A stretch of 64,000 nt of DNA from Takakia lepidozioides (GCA_030704615.1 CM060733.1:18786001-18850000); one strand, 5' to 3'; counted from the first letter of the stretch, positions 49,501 to 63,875 are shown. Notes: a model not told the origin generated them from the letters alone. Numbers and translations are program-made.

Positions 49501-50790
49501 GTTGGCAAAGCTGAAGACACTTCATCAGGGATCTTTCCCTTTGCGAGAGAGCCAGTGCCAGGTCCCTTGAGAGCTCCTGGGCCTTGCTTCTCGCAGCCTC
49601 GAGCTTAGTGAGAAACCTGAGAGTGGGCGACTCAAAACTATTTCCTGTAGAGGACCAGACATGCGCTAGGGCTTCAACCAAGACCGCCTGGTTCCTGCGG
49701 ACAGCGCTTTCAGGCGTCCAATTGCATAACTTGAAGTGAGCAAAAGACCTTAACTCCAAGCATCTTGTGGCCAAATTTATCTGTGGGTCCTCAAGGGTAT
49801 TATTGAAGGGACATAAATCAAACACTGCATATGGGACGTGATGGTGGGGGGGGGTGTGTGCTTCCCTGACCACGGGGCAGCAGTACGAGCCGCGGGCGGA
49901 GTGGAGGAGAGGACACCGAGGGTGAACCAATTCTTTTCCTCTTAGCAACACGTCCTTCAGAGAGAGAGGGAAGCGAAGCTGCCGCCGTGCTTGCATCCAG
50001 TTCTGGCGATGCCACTGAGGGAGACCTGGGAGCCAGGACAATGGCATGAGCCAATGCGGAGGCCACCGCTTGGGCTTTCGATTCGCCTTTGCCTCTGTGA
50101 GGACAGTCAGCCTTGACATGTCCCTCCCCATTGCACGCAACGCTCAGGACTTCCTCCTTGATGAGCACCGAAATGAAAGAACCATCTAGCGTAGGCAATT
50201 TGATAGGGCTCCTATCTCAGGGAGCAAAATGCCAAATAGTTGTCTGGAAGAAAAGGTAGGGCGATAATTCTTGCCTTGCAAGTCGTTCTGTCCTTGTGCC
50301 CCCAAGCAGGAGACCATGGAAAGATGTTCACGCGACAACGGGATTTTCTCGTGTTGAAAGCCAGTGCCCTGTCCACTTCCTCTTTTGATCCAAATTTAAC
50401 AGCGTAGAATCCCCTACCCATGGAGTGCATGAAGTGGTGCTTGAGACCTCCTTGAGCACCAATGTATTCTATTACCCACTTCCTCGCCAAATCTTTGTCC
50501 TTGGGGCGCCCTGGGAAATGAACGAGGATTCCATGCTTCATCATTTTATCTGAATGAGCTCTCAGGCACTCCAAGTCAAGGGAGATGACGTCCTGTTAGC
50601 CCGACTTCGGAGCTGTCGATTCTGCCCATGGAACGATCTCTGCATAGGGCAGGGTGGCATGAGCAATTTCCGGTCCTTTGCCTAGAATAGAAGAAGAGGG
50701 GGTGGATGCCGAGGAGCGGGGTACCCAATTACCTCTGCCTCTAGCTGCCGATCCGGAGCCTGATCTCTTCTTACGGGGGGGCACCTCGCG
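43595..50790 (-). mobile_element. Degenerate L1 LINE (ORF1 plus deleted ORF2), interrupted by a 3.5 kb insertion
   Basis: ORF1 pieces at 50784-49860 (DUF4283-like MGRGFYAVKFGSKEEVDRAL; zinc-knuckle remnant CNGEGHVKADCP). RT at 45573-44820 (YRPITLLNTTYKIIAK, LDFEKAFD, VRQGCPLAPYLF, MYADG). zf-RVT at 44780-44295. A-rich tail on the minus strand at ~43595-43621. Endonuclease largely deleted. Confidence 0.9.
45574..49103. mobile_element. Solo-LTR-like insertion (3530 bp, TG...CA, 5-bp TSD CCAGC) inside L1 ORF2
   Basis: CCAGC 45569-45573 | TGACGAG ... CATCTACA | CCAGC 49104-49108. Removal restores the L1 frame PLSDSEL-AHAMNSLKSGKMP. No gag/pol ORF inside. Confidence 0.85.
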
Positions 50791-50871
50791 AGGCCATGGA
50801 AATGGTAGATGCTAGGGAGAGGATTCAGCGGGCCAGCAAGCTAGAACCGCAGAACTAGACAAGAGGCAGGC

Positions 50872-50873
<2 letters not shown>

Positions 50874-50922
<49 letters not shown>
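50874..50922. repeat. (GA)n microsatellite upstream of L1 ORF1
   Basis: About 24 perfect GA units. Confidence 0.95.
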
Positions 50923-50926
<4 letters not shown>

Positions 50927-51889
50927 GTCACCTTACCAGGCCAATTTGAAGGGGCCAACCGAGAACTGAGCCTGGGAGGAGGGGGAGGACTGCAGACGAA
51001 CCCGACAATGCATTTAAAAACGGCGGCTGAAGGAGATGAATGGGGAGGAGTCAGGAGCCGCAATGCAAGCTTTGGGCAGTCATGCTCATCTCGGGCCTAG
51101 GAGGTTTTGGGTCAAGGCAGGTCAGTCCATTAAGAAGCTCCAGCAAATGGAGACATTGTGCGATTGATTGGCATCTGACAAACTGCCTGAGAGAGAGAGA
51201 GAAGGGCGGCGGAGGCGAGCAGCCGTAACTGCGTCTAACCTTAGAGCGGCTGATCAGTAATCATCCTGCATCAGGCGGCAAGAGCAAGCAGAGAGGCGAG
51301 GTGCAGTTGGGTGAGGTGTCTTCCACTGGATCACCACCTTCACTTCAGGGAGAGGAGGAGGCGAACATGGGGAGCTTTGATTTTTGCAGGACTGCAGTCC
51401 TGAAGAGGGAAGGAAGGGAGAGCTTAATGCGCCGTCAAGGGGAAAAGAGACGGCGTGCGTGCATGCATGCATTAACTTTCAGAAATCATTCAGATATCGA
51501 CGCGAAGGCCATGCAGCGGGCCAGCGAAGCGTGACTATGACATCTGTAGGCCCGAATCGAAGAGCACTGGCTTGATCGGGACAAATAGCACGTAGGAGAG
51601 GGGTGCCTGAGAGAGTGAGGGTACGAGGCGAGGTAGCAGCTCTTAGAAAAAATTCAAGTCCCAGCGCTCCCCTCACCGCAAAATGCGGAGCTCCAAACCG
51701 GGCATCCGCCATCCAATCGTGCATTTCACTCCACTTTTTAATCTCATTGGCTTTCTGCCTTTTTCCAAAAAAATAAAATAAATTTCGCTCTCTGCTCTTT
51801 CCTGCTGATTACAATCTTTCTTCCCCATCTTTTGGTTATGAAGTAGTGCCTTTCTCCATCAACCTATATGGCACTTTACCAGAGGAGGA

Positions 51890-52556
51890 CCAGAGGTTAT
51901 TTTTCTGGTACTGAGACAATCCACACTCTGGCCCACCTATGGAAAGTGAGATGTGGCCGGACCCTGGGAAGGAAAAACACATCTGTTTCGATCTTGCTTA
52001 CCCAGGTTGTCTTCTTCGATCTCACAGTGGCTGCTAAAAACGCGTGGGTGGTTTTGTGTGCATCAATCGAAAAATACCCAAATCGTCAGTTCGCTCCTCG
52101 CCACCTTCAGGCCTACATAGGGAAAGTGAGATATCATTTGCAGCTGCATTGAAGCTCACTCCTGCCTTTGGCCCGAACGAATTCCTCAGCTATGGCAATC
52201 GCCGCAATGCCCTCCTCTTAGGCATCCCCGGAGTTCGACCAAAACACATCAAAGGGCCTCTAAATCGACACCCCTATTCCATAGATAGGATTTGCTGCTG
52301 CTGTCATCTTGGCCTGTTCTGTGTAGGTTGCTTGGTGTGGACGCTTTGTCCTCACCGGTATCTTTGGATACCCCTTCAAGCCTTGCTGCTTATATTAATT
52401 AGTTCATTGTTCGCTGGATTATCCTTCACGTTCTTCGTGAGTCTGTGCCTCATGGCTGCCTTTGGGCCTCAAGGGACATAGCCAGCAATAATATTCATAA
52501 TAAAGCTCTAAGGGGCTACCTCCCCTTTTCTCAAAAAAAAAGAAAGAGAAAAAGAA
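51890..52556 (+). mobile_element. Probable L1 3'-end remnant with AATAAA and an A-rich tail
   Basis: LAHLWKVRC resembles the L1 ORF2 C-terminal LW.IWK.RC motif. AATAAA at ~52499 and A-rich run at 52533-52556. Confidence 0.45.
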
Positions 52557-54621
52557 CATTATGGGACGTTTGGGTCCATTATCTATAAAATTTTGAGGGT
52601 ACTGTCCCTCTCAGTCTCAGAAAAAAAAGAAAAAGAAAAAGAACTGCACAACAGCTAGCCTGATTGAATGCAGATTAAATGATTTCCGGCTACAAAGTAG
52701 TGCCTTCCCTTATCAGCCTCTATGGCACCCTCACAGAAGTTATTTTTTCCTCCTTGTACTCTTGGGACGACTTAGGGTATGTTGGCCTATGGCCGTTCAA
52801 ATAATGATGGTGAAAAATCTAACGGTCATTTTTACCTCAGGTAAATTTCATAAGGTGTCCCACATATGGGGCAACCTACAAACTTGGAACTATTTGATTT
52901 CATGACTCCTACACAAAGTTGTAGGGTTTCAAAGTCAACCAACCAGAATGCTTGTATACACCAAGAGCCCTATGACCAATCACACATTTTGGGGGGTTAT
53001 ATCAAATGATTGTTTGCCAAGTGACAAAGCTTGGGACCAGCACTGCATGGTCATAGGTACTGACAGAAGCGTTAATGGGGTGTTCCGTCATAGACACCTG
53101 TTCGGTCATAGGCCAACTTACCCTAGTCCACCTGTTTATAAAGTTTAAGGGTGTCCACTCCCTTTCTCTATTTAAAAATAAATAAAAATTCCATCATCCA
53201 TTTTGTTTTTGGTTTCCAAGGTTGACTCAAGTTTGAACATAATCCCCCTGTTAACAATAAAAAGAAAAAGAAAAGTTTGAACATGATTTTGTTGTGGCTG
53301 CCCTCTGTAAGCCTCTATGTAAGCCTCTAGCCGCGCGTCCCCAAGTGGTAACTTAAAATTTTTGTTTTTTAAAAGGGAAACACCTGGGAGCGACAGCTCA
53401 CAAATCAGGCCCCTTAATAGTGAGAGGAGAAATCACAGTAACCCCGCCATGAGGCCTTTCAATTTCAATGCATTCTGGGCTCTGTCCCTTTTGATTTGTT
53501 TTTTTTTGTTTTTTTGTATTGTTAATTTGTATTTCATTCACATGATATATATATATTTGTGTAAAGAGGAAGGGTGATCTTCCTTTCACAATCATCCCCA
53601 CCCACTAAATCTGCCAGCTGTAGGTACAACCCAAATAGGCATTATCAAATCAGGCTGACAGGAACTGAAGCTTTCTTCTCACCCAACTCATCATATCAAT
53701 TCCCCCTCTCAAAAGTTGATGGCAACAGTACTGTTACACATCGCCCTTTCTGTCCCTTCAGATTATGTCATGGGTAAGTATTACACATGGGAATGTCTTG
53801 AGATAATGGACGAGTGGAGCTGGAAGAGAGGGTCCCAAAATATGGATGGCTTTGGGGAATTCTACTCAATTTTATTATACTCCCTCCACCACTGACCCCT
53901 GGTTGAAGAGGAACCCAGTATTAGACAAGAGGTTAAGGACTAGGGTTTAGGGCTAGCAAGCTTCCCTCCTCTATGGGCACATGAATTGCAGACCTTGCCA
54001 GTCTCTCCTCCTCTTCCTCCCCCTTGACCTTTTGCAGCGTCAGCTTTGGAGATCCCATACCTGAATTTGTCCGACGGTAGCCCTTTGCATGTGCAAGGGC
54101 ACCCATCTATTGATTTTTGTGTAACTGGTACTGGGTCCTCCCTCCCGGTCTCTCTTTCTCGTGCTCTTGCTGCCCTCCCGCCTTCCTCCTTCCCAATGGT
54201 CTGTTGAAACAAAGATTCATGGCTTGAATATCAGACCTGGGATCTGGCATAGCAGGGGCATCCTTGTTTGTGGAAGGGTGTCCACTCTTTGTGCCTCTAT
54301 ATGATTGCATGCTGTTTCCTTCATTCCTCCTGTGTTGGGTTTGGCCTCCCCTTCTTCCTTCCGGGTTTCGGATCATGATATTTGTGATTTGTTAGCCAGA
54401 GGGCGATTTACTCATAGCCCGCCTTCTCGGTCTCCACGAGCATCCATTATCGATCCATTTGTCTGTCGGTCTGTTTGCCTCCGACCTTCTGTGTCTATAC
54501 ATGGCACTATTGGCCCCTCCCTACTTTGCCTAATCAGCGGTCTTCAGATTATCATCTATTCCTGCCTATCTCTGCAGAAAGGATTTCTTCGTATCCAGCG
54601 TCTATCGGAGGTATCGGGGTC

Positions 54622-57600
54622 ATGGTAACTCCCGGATGTAACGGGGTGGATGCACGGCTTCAGCACTTGGAAGGTCTGGGAGACGACCCTGACTCTCCAG
54701 ACACTGATGTCATTGGGTGAGTTGTTTTTGGCTTTTAAATTGCCTTGTCTGCACTCATCAGCGTTAGATCTATGCTCGCCCTTTGCTTGACAGATTTGAC
54801 GTGCCAACGTTGAGTGTCGTACCCGAAATGGGCAATCTTCGGGTGGAAATTGAGGTGCTTTCTGTAAAGGCGTGCCCTGTTCTACTTGTGTTTCTTGTAA
54901 ACCGGCATAATTACATCTTCTGTTGCAAGTGTTGGTGGCATCTCACTGCCACTGAGTGTTGTTGGACACATATGTGATCTGACCTTGGAAATCCAAGTCC
55001 TTCCTTCTCCATTTTTCACAGTTTCTCCCTTATGTTTTGTACGTTCTGCATAATTAAGCCTTTCGTTGTCAGGATTTGGTAGATTCTCGCCGCGGGGAGA
55101 CATCGCATGTCACTGGCCTGAAGATGTTTGTTACTTTCGTGACTAATGGATTGTCATATTCTTGTTCTAACAATGATTTAGGTTTCAGACTGTTTATTGA
55201 ACCATTTGGTGAGGTCTGCCTTGCCTTTGCGCATGATACCCACCATGTGACCACAAAGCTTTTAAGGTGCCAGTTGTAGTTATGCTGTCAACTCGGTGCT
55301 TGAGACGAGGGAGTCACACCATGGACCCCCTTACATCACCAAGCCCCCAACAGATTTTGTGCATGGGTCCACAATCTTCACTTCATTGTGATTAAGATGG
55401 AGCCTTGGCTCTGATAGTTGTTGTCATGAGCTTACCTGCCAGGTCTGTAAGTACGAAATACCGCACACCTAGGAGGACCTTGCCTATAAGTGATTGGAGC
55501 AGAAGTGCAAATGGTTATTCTGGATGGTAATTCTAGTTGTGTTCATTGGTAAACTGGAAAGCCCGGTAGTTGAGTTTTTATTTCTTTACCATTTTTCTGG
55601 TAAAAGGGATGGCAAATTTTCACATGCCCTAGGTGTTTGACACCTATTTATCTTCTTTCTGCAATCAGTAATTGACCTGTTTTTTGGCATTTGGAATGAC
55701 AGAGGAAAGAAGAAGCGGGGTCAGCGATCCACCGGTGGAGAGAAGGGTGGGAAAGGTCTTCGTCATTTCAGCATGAAAGGTGTCCCTCTTCTGACTTTTT
55801 CCTTGTTTCAGAAACTTTTTCCAGTGTCCGTAGTAGTAGAGATCTGAGGGGGAAGTCTCAGTTTTTGCCATCTAAGGTTGCTCTGCCAGGTCATAGTTAG
55901 TGGCAATGTCTTCATCTTGGGCTTCACTTGTGTTGGGATTGTGCGGGTTGCTTTGGGGGTAGTGCAGGGCACATATTATGCAAATTTGCTGATATGTTTG
56001 TGCTATGCTTAAGGTGCTTGAAAGGACCTTCAGTCGTTGGAGGGCTTCCAGAGGCAGTTTCCTATGATCTGACTACTGGAAGGCCCCCACATCAGGCTAT
56101 AGGCTTTACGTTCTCTGGTCACTTCCAAGTACTGGTAGAGTGTGTTGGATGAGTAGCTTCCTTGCTGCTGCTGTTCGTCATTGGGAGATTAACAACAATG
56201 CTATTTATCAGGGAGCAATCCCTGAGAAATCCAGACTCGTGGTGAGGAGTGAAGTTAAAGAGAGACAGTTTGTGTATGCCTGGGAGATGGTTGTGTGCAA
56301 CAAGACTGGCAGGTCCACCAGTTTGTCCCAGAGCTGAACACCGCTCGTGTCACTGGGCGGCATGTCTATTGACCTACTGTAACGGTAATTGTTTCTTGGG
56401 CGGGGATGATGTGCAGTGTGCGAGAAGGTTGAGAGCAAGGGACGTACAACATACAATGAGGCAAGTAGTGGAGCCATGACTCATTAACTGATGTCATCTG
56501 CTCTTATCTATCAAAGTCGAGTAAAAGTGATTTCCTAGTCCAGATGAGGTGTCTTTGCTGCAAAATCTCTTGAGAAAGTTTCTGACTGTCCTGCTCAGAA
56601 TCGGAAGACTTGATATTGGTGATCATACTCCTGAGCACTTGATTAACATGACACATCAAGTTTATGTCTTGGTGCTTCTGGCTTTTGTACAAGCTAAGAA
56701 TTCTCATGGACATCAGGTGTCTCTAGGATACATGAGGTGCATGTTGGCTGCCATAGCATAAAACTCACCGTCTGTCAGGGCTTAGAAGCCAACAGGTCTG
56801 GGGATTCATAAATGGAATGGTCCAGGATATATGCCTCACCTTTTATACTTGCTTTTGACCTAGAGATGTACATGGGATTGGCACAGGTTGCTGATGAATT
56901 GGTGGCTGAATTCACGAACCCTGGTAGCCCTCACATTTCACCTGATCAGGTATGCTCTCTAATCCACTTATTCACCCTCCCCTACAAAGGCTGGCTACAG
57001 CATAGTCCTTGTGGAATACCAACTGGCAAAGCCAGTTCTAGTGTTTCACAATATATATCGGACTGAACCATGCATAGCGCTTGCACAAGGGGATGATAAC
57101 TTGGTTAGCTTGCAAGAGGTGCAGTAGTTGTGGCTGCGGTTGCAACACTGTTCACAGAGCTAATGTAGATAGCCAGGGAATGGTACTACCTGATTGCTAG
57201 TTGATTACATAGCATGCCTTTCTCACCTTTACATTTGCTCGTTGCTGGCCCCTTTGTGCTTATTCTAGTGCAATTGTTTTTCTGCATTAGTACTAATCTG
57301 CTGTATTCCTGAATTATTGTTGTTGAGTGGTTGTGTTCTGCAGCAACAGTATGATGAAAAGAACATACGGCGGCGGGTGTATGACGCCCTCAATGTACTG
57401 ATGGCTATGGGTATCATCTTGAAGGACAAGAAAGACATTCAATGGAAGGGACTTCCTTGTACTAGCCTTGATGATGTTCAAGAGCTTAAGGTGGCTTCCC
57501 CTCTTCTTCATGCACTCTCTCTGAGCTGAACTCCCTTGTTTGTTGGGTATTGAATCGTTGCAGCTTAGTGCTTGCAGACCATGCTTTGCAACTATTTTTT

Positions 57601-59475
57601 TTTCCACCACTTGACACGTTGTTGCTTGCTGGACATTTAGGTCCCCGTATGATCGGGGTTGTGAGCAGAGGGTTTTGCCACTGCCAAGTAGTGTGCAGGG
57701 CCCACATAAGTTATTTGAATGCTGCCTACTGTGCATTCAATGTAAGGTCCAAATATATACTTAAATCTGGTGGCGCCGAGTTGTTCCTCAATGATGCTCT
57801 TATCATGTCTGTGGCGTAACCTGCTGGTGTTATCATGGTCTTAGGGCACAGAGGAAATCTCTTCCCATGGACTATTCCTTGTGTGATGCCTATGGTGGTG
57901 CACAGTGAGCCAGCAAAAAAGTCATCCAGTTTCTCCTGACCCAACTGACAACTGCTGGCAATCTGTAGCCAACAGTTTTCAACCTGAAAATTTGAGGTGC
58001 AAGTAAGATTGGCCTTGTGCACTTGTAAGATACATGCATTCTGATTATTCAGGGATTCCTGTCACTGCAGGCTGAAGGTATGCGAGTAAGAGGGAGGATA
58101 GAGAGGAAGGCTGCTTATCTGCATGAGCTGCAAGCCCAGGTATTTCCTCTCCTGTACATTGGAGCTCTGACAAGTTGTCTTGTTGAATTCCATGGGCTCC
58201 ATGTGATTGCACACAAGGAGATCTTATCTTTGTCTAACGTATGTTTGTTGGTGACACTAACTTGTGAATGGGGTTGGAAATTGAAAGATGATAGGCCTCC
58301 GCAATCTGGTGAGTCGCAATGAGAGGCTTTATAATGGCAACAATTCTGTTCCGGCTGGTGGTGTGGCCCTCCCCTTCATTCTTGTGCAGGTGCAAGTCAA
58401 ACCTAACTGCCACATGGCTAGTCTTATGTTGAAAGGTTAGGGATTGGTGATGGTCCTGCGATATTGGTATTGCTCCCAGAGACTTCGAGTACCAAGTTGC
58501 AGCCCTTGGTTGGTAGGAAGATCAAGCCCCTATTGTTCCTAAGCTTTGGATCTTGCCGAAATTTTTATTGGAATGACAGCATTTGAATATTGCATGAAGT
58601 CCTAAATTTTGAATGCTGATGATGGGCCCAATTTTCAAATGTGTTTGGGATGGGCATCAGACACGACCTCAGGCAACAGTGGAGGTTGAGATATCAGAGG
58701 ATATGCAACTTGTGCACTTTGACTTCAACAGGTTTGTGTATCTTATTACTGTGTTCGGAGAGTACTTTGGTATGTACTGTATCTTGGTGGTTGCTGGGAC
58801 TTCCAGATTTGTTGAACAGACAATGTTAGGACCGCTTACAAGTGACAAAAGGCTGTAAACGCTACATGGAACATCAACTGGTTGCCAGGATCGCGGGATG
58901 ACCCTCACTTCTAAATGGCTTCATGCTGTTGTGAAGGCCTTTGTCTCTCAAATGTCATTGATAGTAGAGGCTGATTGGATTCGTTTTCTTCTACTAGCCG
59001 AAAATAAGAACCTGTACATAGGTCCTGCCCCTGAGGTTTCCCTACTAGTGCGTAGGAGCTGTATATGATCTATGTGCGGTACCAGCCTGGTCGCTGCAGT
59101 TTTGTCAAGTTGAGAGTGGCATACCCTTCTGAATTCTATGACTCCAATTTAACTTCCAATTCATTTGTTTTCTGCAGTACCCCCTTTGAGCTACATGATG
59201 ATGCATACGTGCTCAAGGCGATGAGCATGCAGGAGCAGCAAAGCTCTGATAGTACAGATGTTCTGGGACATGCCGATTTTGATGATGGGCTCGGTTGCAA
59301 TTTTGAGGAGGATTCCCCTCCTTTGTCTAGCATCTTCCAGTGCTCCTCCTTTCCACCCCACTGTCCAAGCTCCCCCTACTATGTGTCTTGTATGCCAGGT
59401 GGCGGCAAAGGGACATCATGGCCACCAATCCCGGGCATATTGAAGGCCAGGGTCAAACATGAGAACTTCTCCTAG
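54622..59475 (+). CDS. DPB: E2F dimerization partner (DP) transcription factor
   Basis: Confident exons: ~55703-55778 (KKKRGQR...[10 protein letters not shown]), 56417-56460 ([16 protein letters not shown] donor), 56887-56949, 57344-57490 ([19 protein letters not shown]), 58071-58139, 58288-58389 (LPFILVQ), 58661-58731, 59178-59475 (STPFELHDD...[10 protein letters not shown]). The 5' exons 54622-54716, 54794-54854 and possibly 55073-55104 are less certain. Confidence 0.9.
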
Positions 59476-62159
59476 CATCTGGCCTCTTGAACTTCTCTGT
59501 CCTCTCTCCATCCAAGGGGAGTTGGTGTATGTCAGGAATGGTTGTTCTCCTAATAACTGACATCAGGGATGCAGAGTGACCTTGGACCTACCCTCAGCTT
59601 CGTCCTTATCAGCTGAGTTCGCTGCATTCTTGCTTTCATTTCCTGACTTCCGTTATTGTATGGGGTCACTCTCATCTTATTTATTTAAAGATAGAGGAGC
59701 TTGTGAGGTTGGTCGCGGGCAGGGTCTGGCCCCCTCCTAACGGATGTGTACATTAGTCTTGAATAAATAGAGAGGGGTCTATTTTTCATGTTGTCTTGGA
59801 TGTGCCAGTCTGCAATAGATGTCTGTTGAGATCTCAAGCTCTGCTTTTGGCTCCTCTCTTTCTCTTTTGGAACTTTCACTTGGTCCCATAGGCCCTTTGG
59901 GCTTCCAGTGGGTGTAATAAAAACATTGTTCTTCTCTATTCTCTCTTCCTCTGCTGTCTAGCAAACTGCCCCTTGGTTGTGTGCAAGCCCGGCCATTCTT
60001 GCATGTTTGGTACCCTGGTGGGTTACAGCTCAGGCAGTGAAGGTTTTGTCTTGAAGTGCATTGGTCAGGCCAAGTCGGTCAACAGGGAAGGCTAATAATC
60101 AAGGAGTACATCTCTCTACTTCGGATCTTTGTCACCCTGCGCAAAAGTCAGTGTACCCAGTTACATTCGTCATCTGTATTAAGGGGAGGCCGACAGAAAT
60201 ATGAAGTCAACATACATCAGACCAAACCTTGTAATTGGTGTGTTGATGTTGCTAGTTGCTACCCTTCAACCATGCAAGGGCAAATTTGCACACCTGATGA
60301 GAGGAAACAGGAAACCCCAAGAAGTTTGGAGTCGCCAGATATCCCACAGGAACAAACAAACAAACAACCCTTCAATGGTATGCAAAACTGTACTAAAGAG
60401 ATGCTGACCTCCTCTTTGTCGACTTAACATTGCGAGAAAGTTACATGTCTCTCTCCCTCTATCTGAAAGTGGAGTACACTCGAGCATCATCTCTGCAGGG
60501 CCGCTGAGTGAGAGACTGCAATTGGACAGTGGAGCCCTCAATTTTTTGAACTAGCTAGGTTCATGTTACTTCGGCAATTTGAACCCCAACCTACACTTCG
60601 GCGCGAGATATAGAACAGCAACTCTCAAAGCAAGCTCTGAATCTCCTCTGTCATCTGTAGTAAGGAAGGAGAAAGACAGGCAAGGAGAAGCTCATCCCAT
60701 ACATACCCAGAGAGAGAGATACAGACACACACAGGCAGGCAAGGCTGCAGCACGGCAATATCAAAGGCAGCTGGGAAGCCACGCTCGCTTCCTGCCACGT
60801 GTTAGCTTGTGTGCGTGCACTTTATCCATATCCTTTCAAATATTAACTTTTTTAAATATCCGCCGGGTATTTGTTTTTTGGTATTACCTCGGTAACCTTG
60901 TTGGGTAACCTGGCCTATCACCGGCCGCCGGGATAATCGCCGCCGGGATCGAAATGTAGACGGGGAATCGCCGGCGGCCGGCCGCTTCCGGGGAGAGGTC
61001 GTTGGCGGCGTGCTGCGCTTCTTCTAGGCCCTTCGCTGTGAGCGCGCTTGTTGATAGCAATCTGCTGCCCAATTTCTTCCTCAATTTTTGTTTGAAGGGA
61101 AGATTGAACGCTCTGCAGCGGGGTGATCGAGAAGGTGTTTATCTAGTAGGGTTGTGGTCCTTGGAAGGATTGCGCGGGGGGTGGGTGCACGGACAGTGCA
61201 TTAGTCTGTGGCAATGGCGCCCGCTGCATCCCTCTGTGCTGCTCAGGGCCTGAGTGCAGCCGCTCTGCCTTCTTCCTCAGCAACAAGGGTAGGTGGTCCG
61301 GTTCATTAACTGTTTATATTGAGAGCATTTGCTTGTATAGTTGTTTTTCTTCTTTTTCAGTGAGCGGGCTGTGAATGGTTGGGTTGTGTGTAGGATCTGT
61401 GATTCTGTGTTGATTCCTCATTTTTTTTGCGGCATCAGGATTGTCAAGTTCAACTGGAGTTCGGCATCTCATTGGTTTTAGCTCTAGAATTCTAAGCATT
61501 AGCCAGGGTTTATCACTTGTCATGTGTACTAGCTTCTCGCTCGAGACAAAAATAAAAGTCGTCCATTTGCTTCTCCTGGCAAGTTTGCGTCGTAGCATGT
61601 AGCTAGGTTATGTCATTCTTAGAATCAGTTGTTTTTGTGTGGAGTGGAGACCACTCTAAAGTGCTTTTCAACTTTGATTAGAGCTCGCCAGACGAATCTG
61701 CGTGTAAATGTAGTCACTGATTTCCTGGGGTGCTTTGCTCCTTGTACCGCATTCGCCCCACTGAAATCTGACAAGGTCTTGGAGCTCATGGGTGACGACT
61801 GCCTATGTCTTCCTAGTCGGATTTTTTCTTACTTTATTGTCTGGGCCGAGCTGGACTGTTCGTCTTGAATTTACCTCTGTTTACCTCTGTGGTGCAGGGT
61901 TTTGCCAAACCCTAGAACCCTGTAGTAGCTTCCTAGTGTACAACAGGCCTTGTGTAGTGATATTTTGGGAGGAATTAGTACTCGAATCTGTTTTGACTCT
62001 GTCATATATGTGAAGGCGATGCACCTCTTATGGTTGTATCTGAGTTATCAATATTACCTCTTCTGAGGTCTTCAAATATTTGGAGGTGCTCCCCACGAGT
62101 TAGTTGTGTTCAGCGTGGGTAGCCTCTTGAAGTTATCTACGGGTCTTGTGTTATTGAGA

Positions 62160-62990
62160 GAGAGACACAGAGAGAGAGAGAATGTACTCATAAGACGTTT
62201 GTTTTGCCTTAGCCTTGTGGCCATTGACCCAGCGTCCACTTTGAGCTGAACACACAGGGACAGAAACTAACCTTTGTCAGGGGCTGACGGTAGTATGACA
62301 TAGTGAGAGTGTTACATAACATGTCAAAGCTAGACAAGGAAACACTAAACAGATTGTGCTGTGTTTGCCTTTATTTAACGACATCAGACAGTCTAATTTA
62401 GGCCCCATGAAACTGTCCTCCATATCTCCCTTTACATATCCTTTCTGGAAAACCAGGTTTAAGGCCTACTAAGTGGCAATCACATGCACACTCTCCTCAC
62501 TTCCGTAGCATAGGAAGCAACAGTAGAAGTAGGACGAGCACAAGTGTCTCCTTAAAAGTAACTCCTTTCCATGTCAGTACAAGCTCAGAGATCCATCAAA
62601 CCAAACACAGCAAAAACAGCAGTATTATGTGTACATAATCAACACATACAAACAGATTTGAGGTTTGGGAGAGCTCAAAGCCTCACTCCCTTAGTCTCTT
62701 GCCCTTAATAGCATTTCCTGCAACAAAAGAAGGTGAAGTGGCATCACCTGGATCCATCACAGCCAACCAACCAACCAACAGGTTAGTGTTCCCTGTGGAC
62801 CCCCAGGCTTAAACCACTTTACATTTGTTATCAATGTCATCCCTGCAACAGGTCATATTAGCAAAGAGAGGAGAGGTAAGGGAGGTCCTTTCAGCCATTT
62901 CAGTCAACATAGGTACAGAACTCAGTAGCACCTATTTCAGCCCTTAATCCAGAGGGAGGGGGGGGGTGGTCTCATGTCAGTAAGCACCCA
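62160..62990 (-). mobile_element. Degenerate, internally deleted copy of the RTEX-like LINE ending in a (CT)n tail
   Basis: Reverse complement TCATACTACCGTCAGCCCCTGACAAAGG...TCTGTCCCT matches 41626-41670 and runs into CGTCTTATGAGTACATT(CT)n. 62755-62840 resembles 31785-31875. The 5' boundary is uncertain. Confidence 0.65.
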
Positions 62991-63661
62991 TTCCCAAAAG
63001 GAAGGTGTCACTAGAGCCAAGTACTCAAGCAAGGGGGCACATGGAGGTCTTTTGTTTGCAAAATTATTCATAGAGTCAAGAGTAGAGCGTAACCCAATCC
63101 ATGTAAGTAAGCATGACAACAAGCACCTATTCCCAAAAGGAAGACCAAGTACTCAAGCAAGGACACTGAAGCCCTTGGTTTTGCACAAGTATTCGTAGAT
63201 TCAGAGTAGAGCTTAGTCAAGTCCATGTATGTTCCTCATGGTGTCAACTCTCTTTGTGTTGCCATACTAAGCAGCCCATCCCAGTGTTGAAGGAGTCTGC
63301 ATGGCTACCTTGCTTGTAGCCATAGTTAACTAGTCAGCTCCTTCAGCTCTTGCCTGCTCCTCTTCCAAATATAAAGATCTTAGCAGCATTCAAGGAAAAA
63401 CAGAGAGAGAGAAAAAATCCTCAAGCCTCTCATTTTCAGGTTTCCTAATTCTGATAGAAGGCATTGGCTACAGTAGACTGGCCAAGAGAGCAATGTACAT
63501 TGACCGAATCAGGGTCAGCATTATGCTGCTGCTACAGGGCTTAGCACAAGCTATCATGTATTGGTTTGCTATTAAAATGTCCTGTATGTTCAAGGGTGGA
63601 GAAAGAGCCAGAGACATCAGGCAGCTCTTCAGTGTTGTTACAAAGAATGTATACCAAATCA

Positions 63662-63820
63662 AGGGAGAGAGGGAGAGGGAGAGAGGGAGAGGGAGAGCGG
63701 GAGAGGGAGAGGGAGAGGGAGAGGGAGAGAGGGAGAGAGAGAGCGAGAGAGGGAGAGAGGGAGGGAGGGAGGGAGGGAGGGAGGGAGGGAGGGAGGGAGC
63801 GAGGGAGGGGGGGAGGGGGG

Positions 63821-63875
<55 letters not shown>

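Noticed and set aside
53620-53775. Isolated exon-like segment with a strong GTAAGT donor upstream of DP
   Set aside because: The translation has no recognisable homology and no partner exons were identified.
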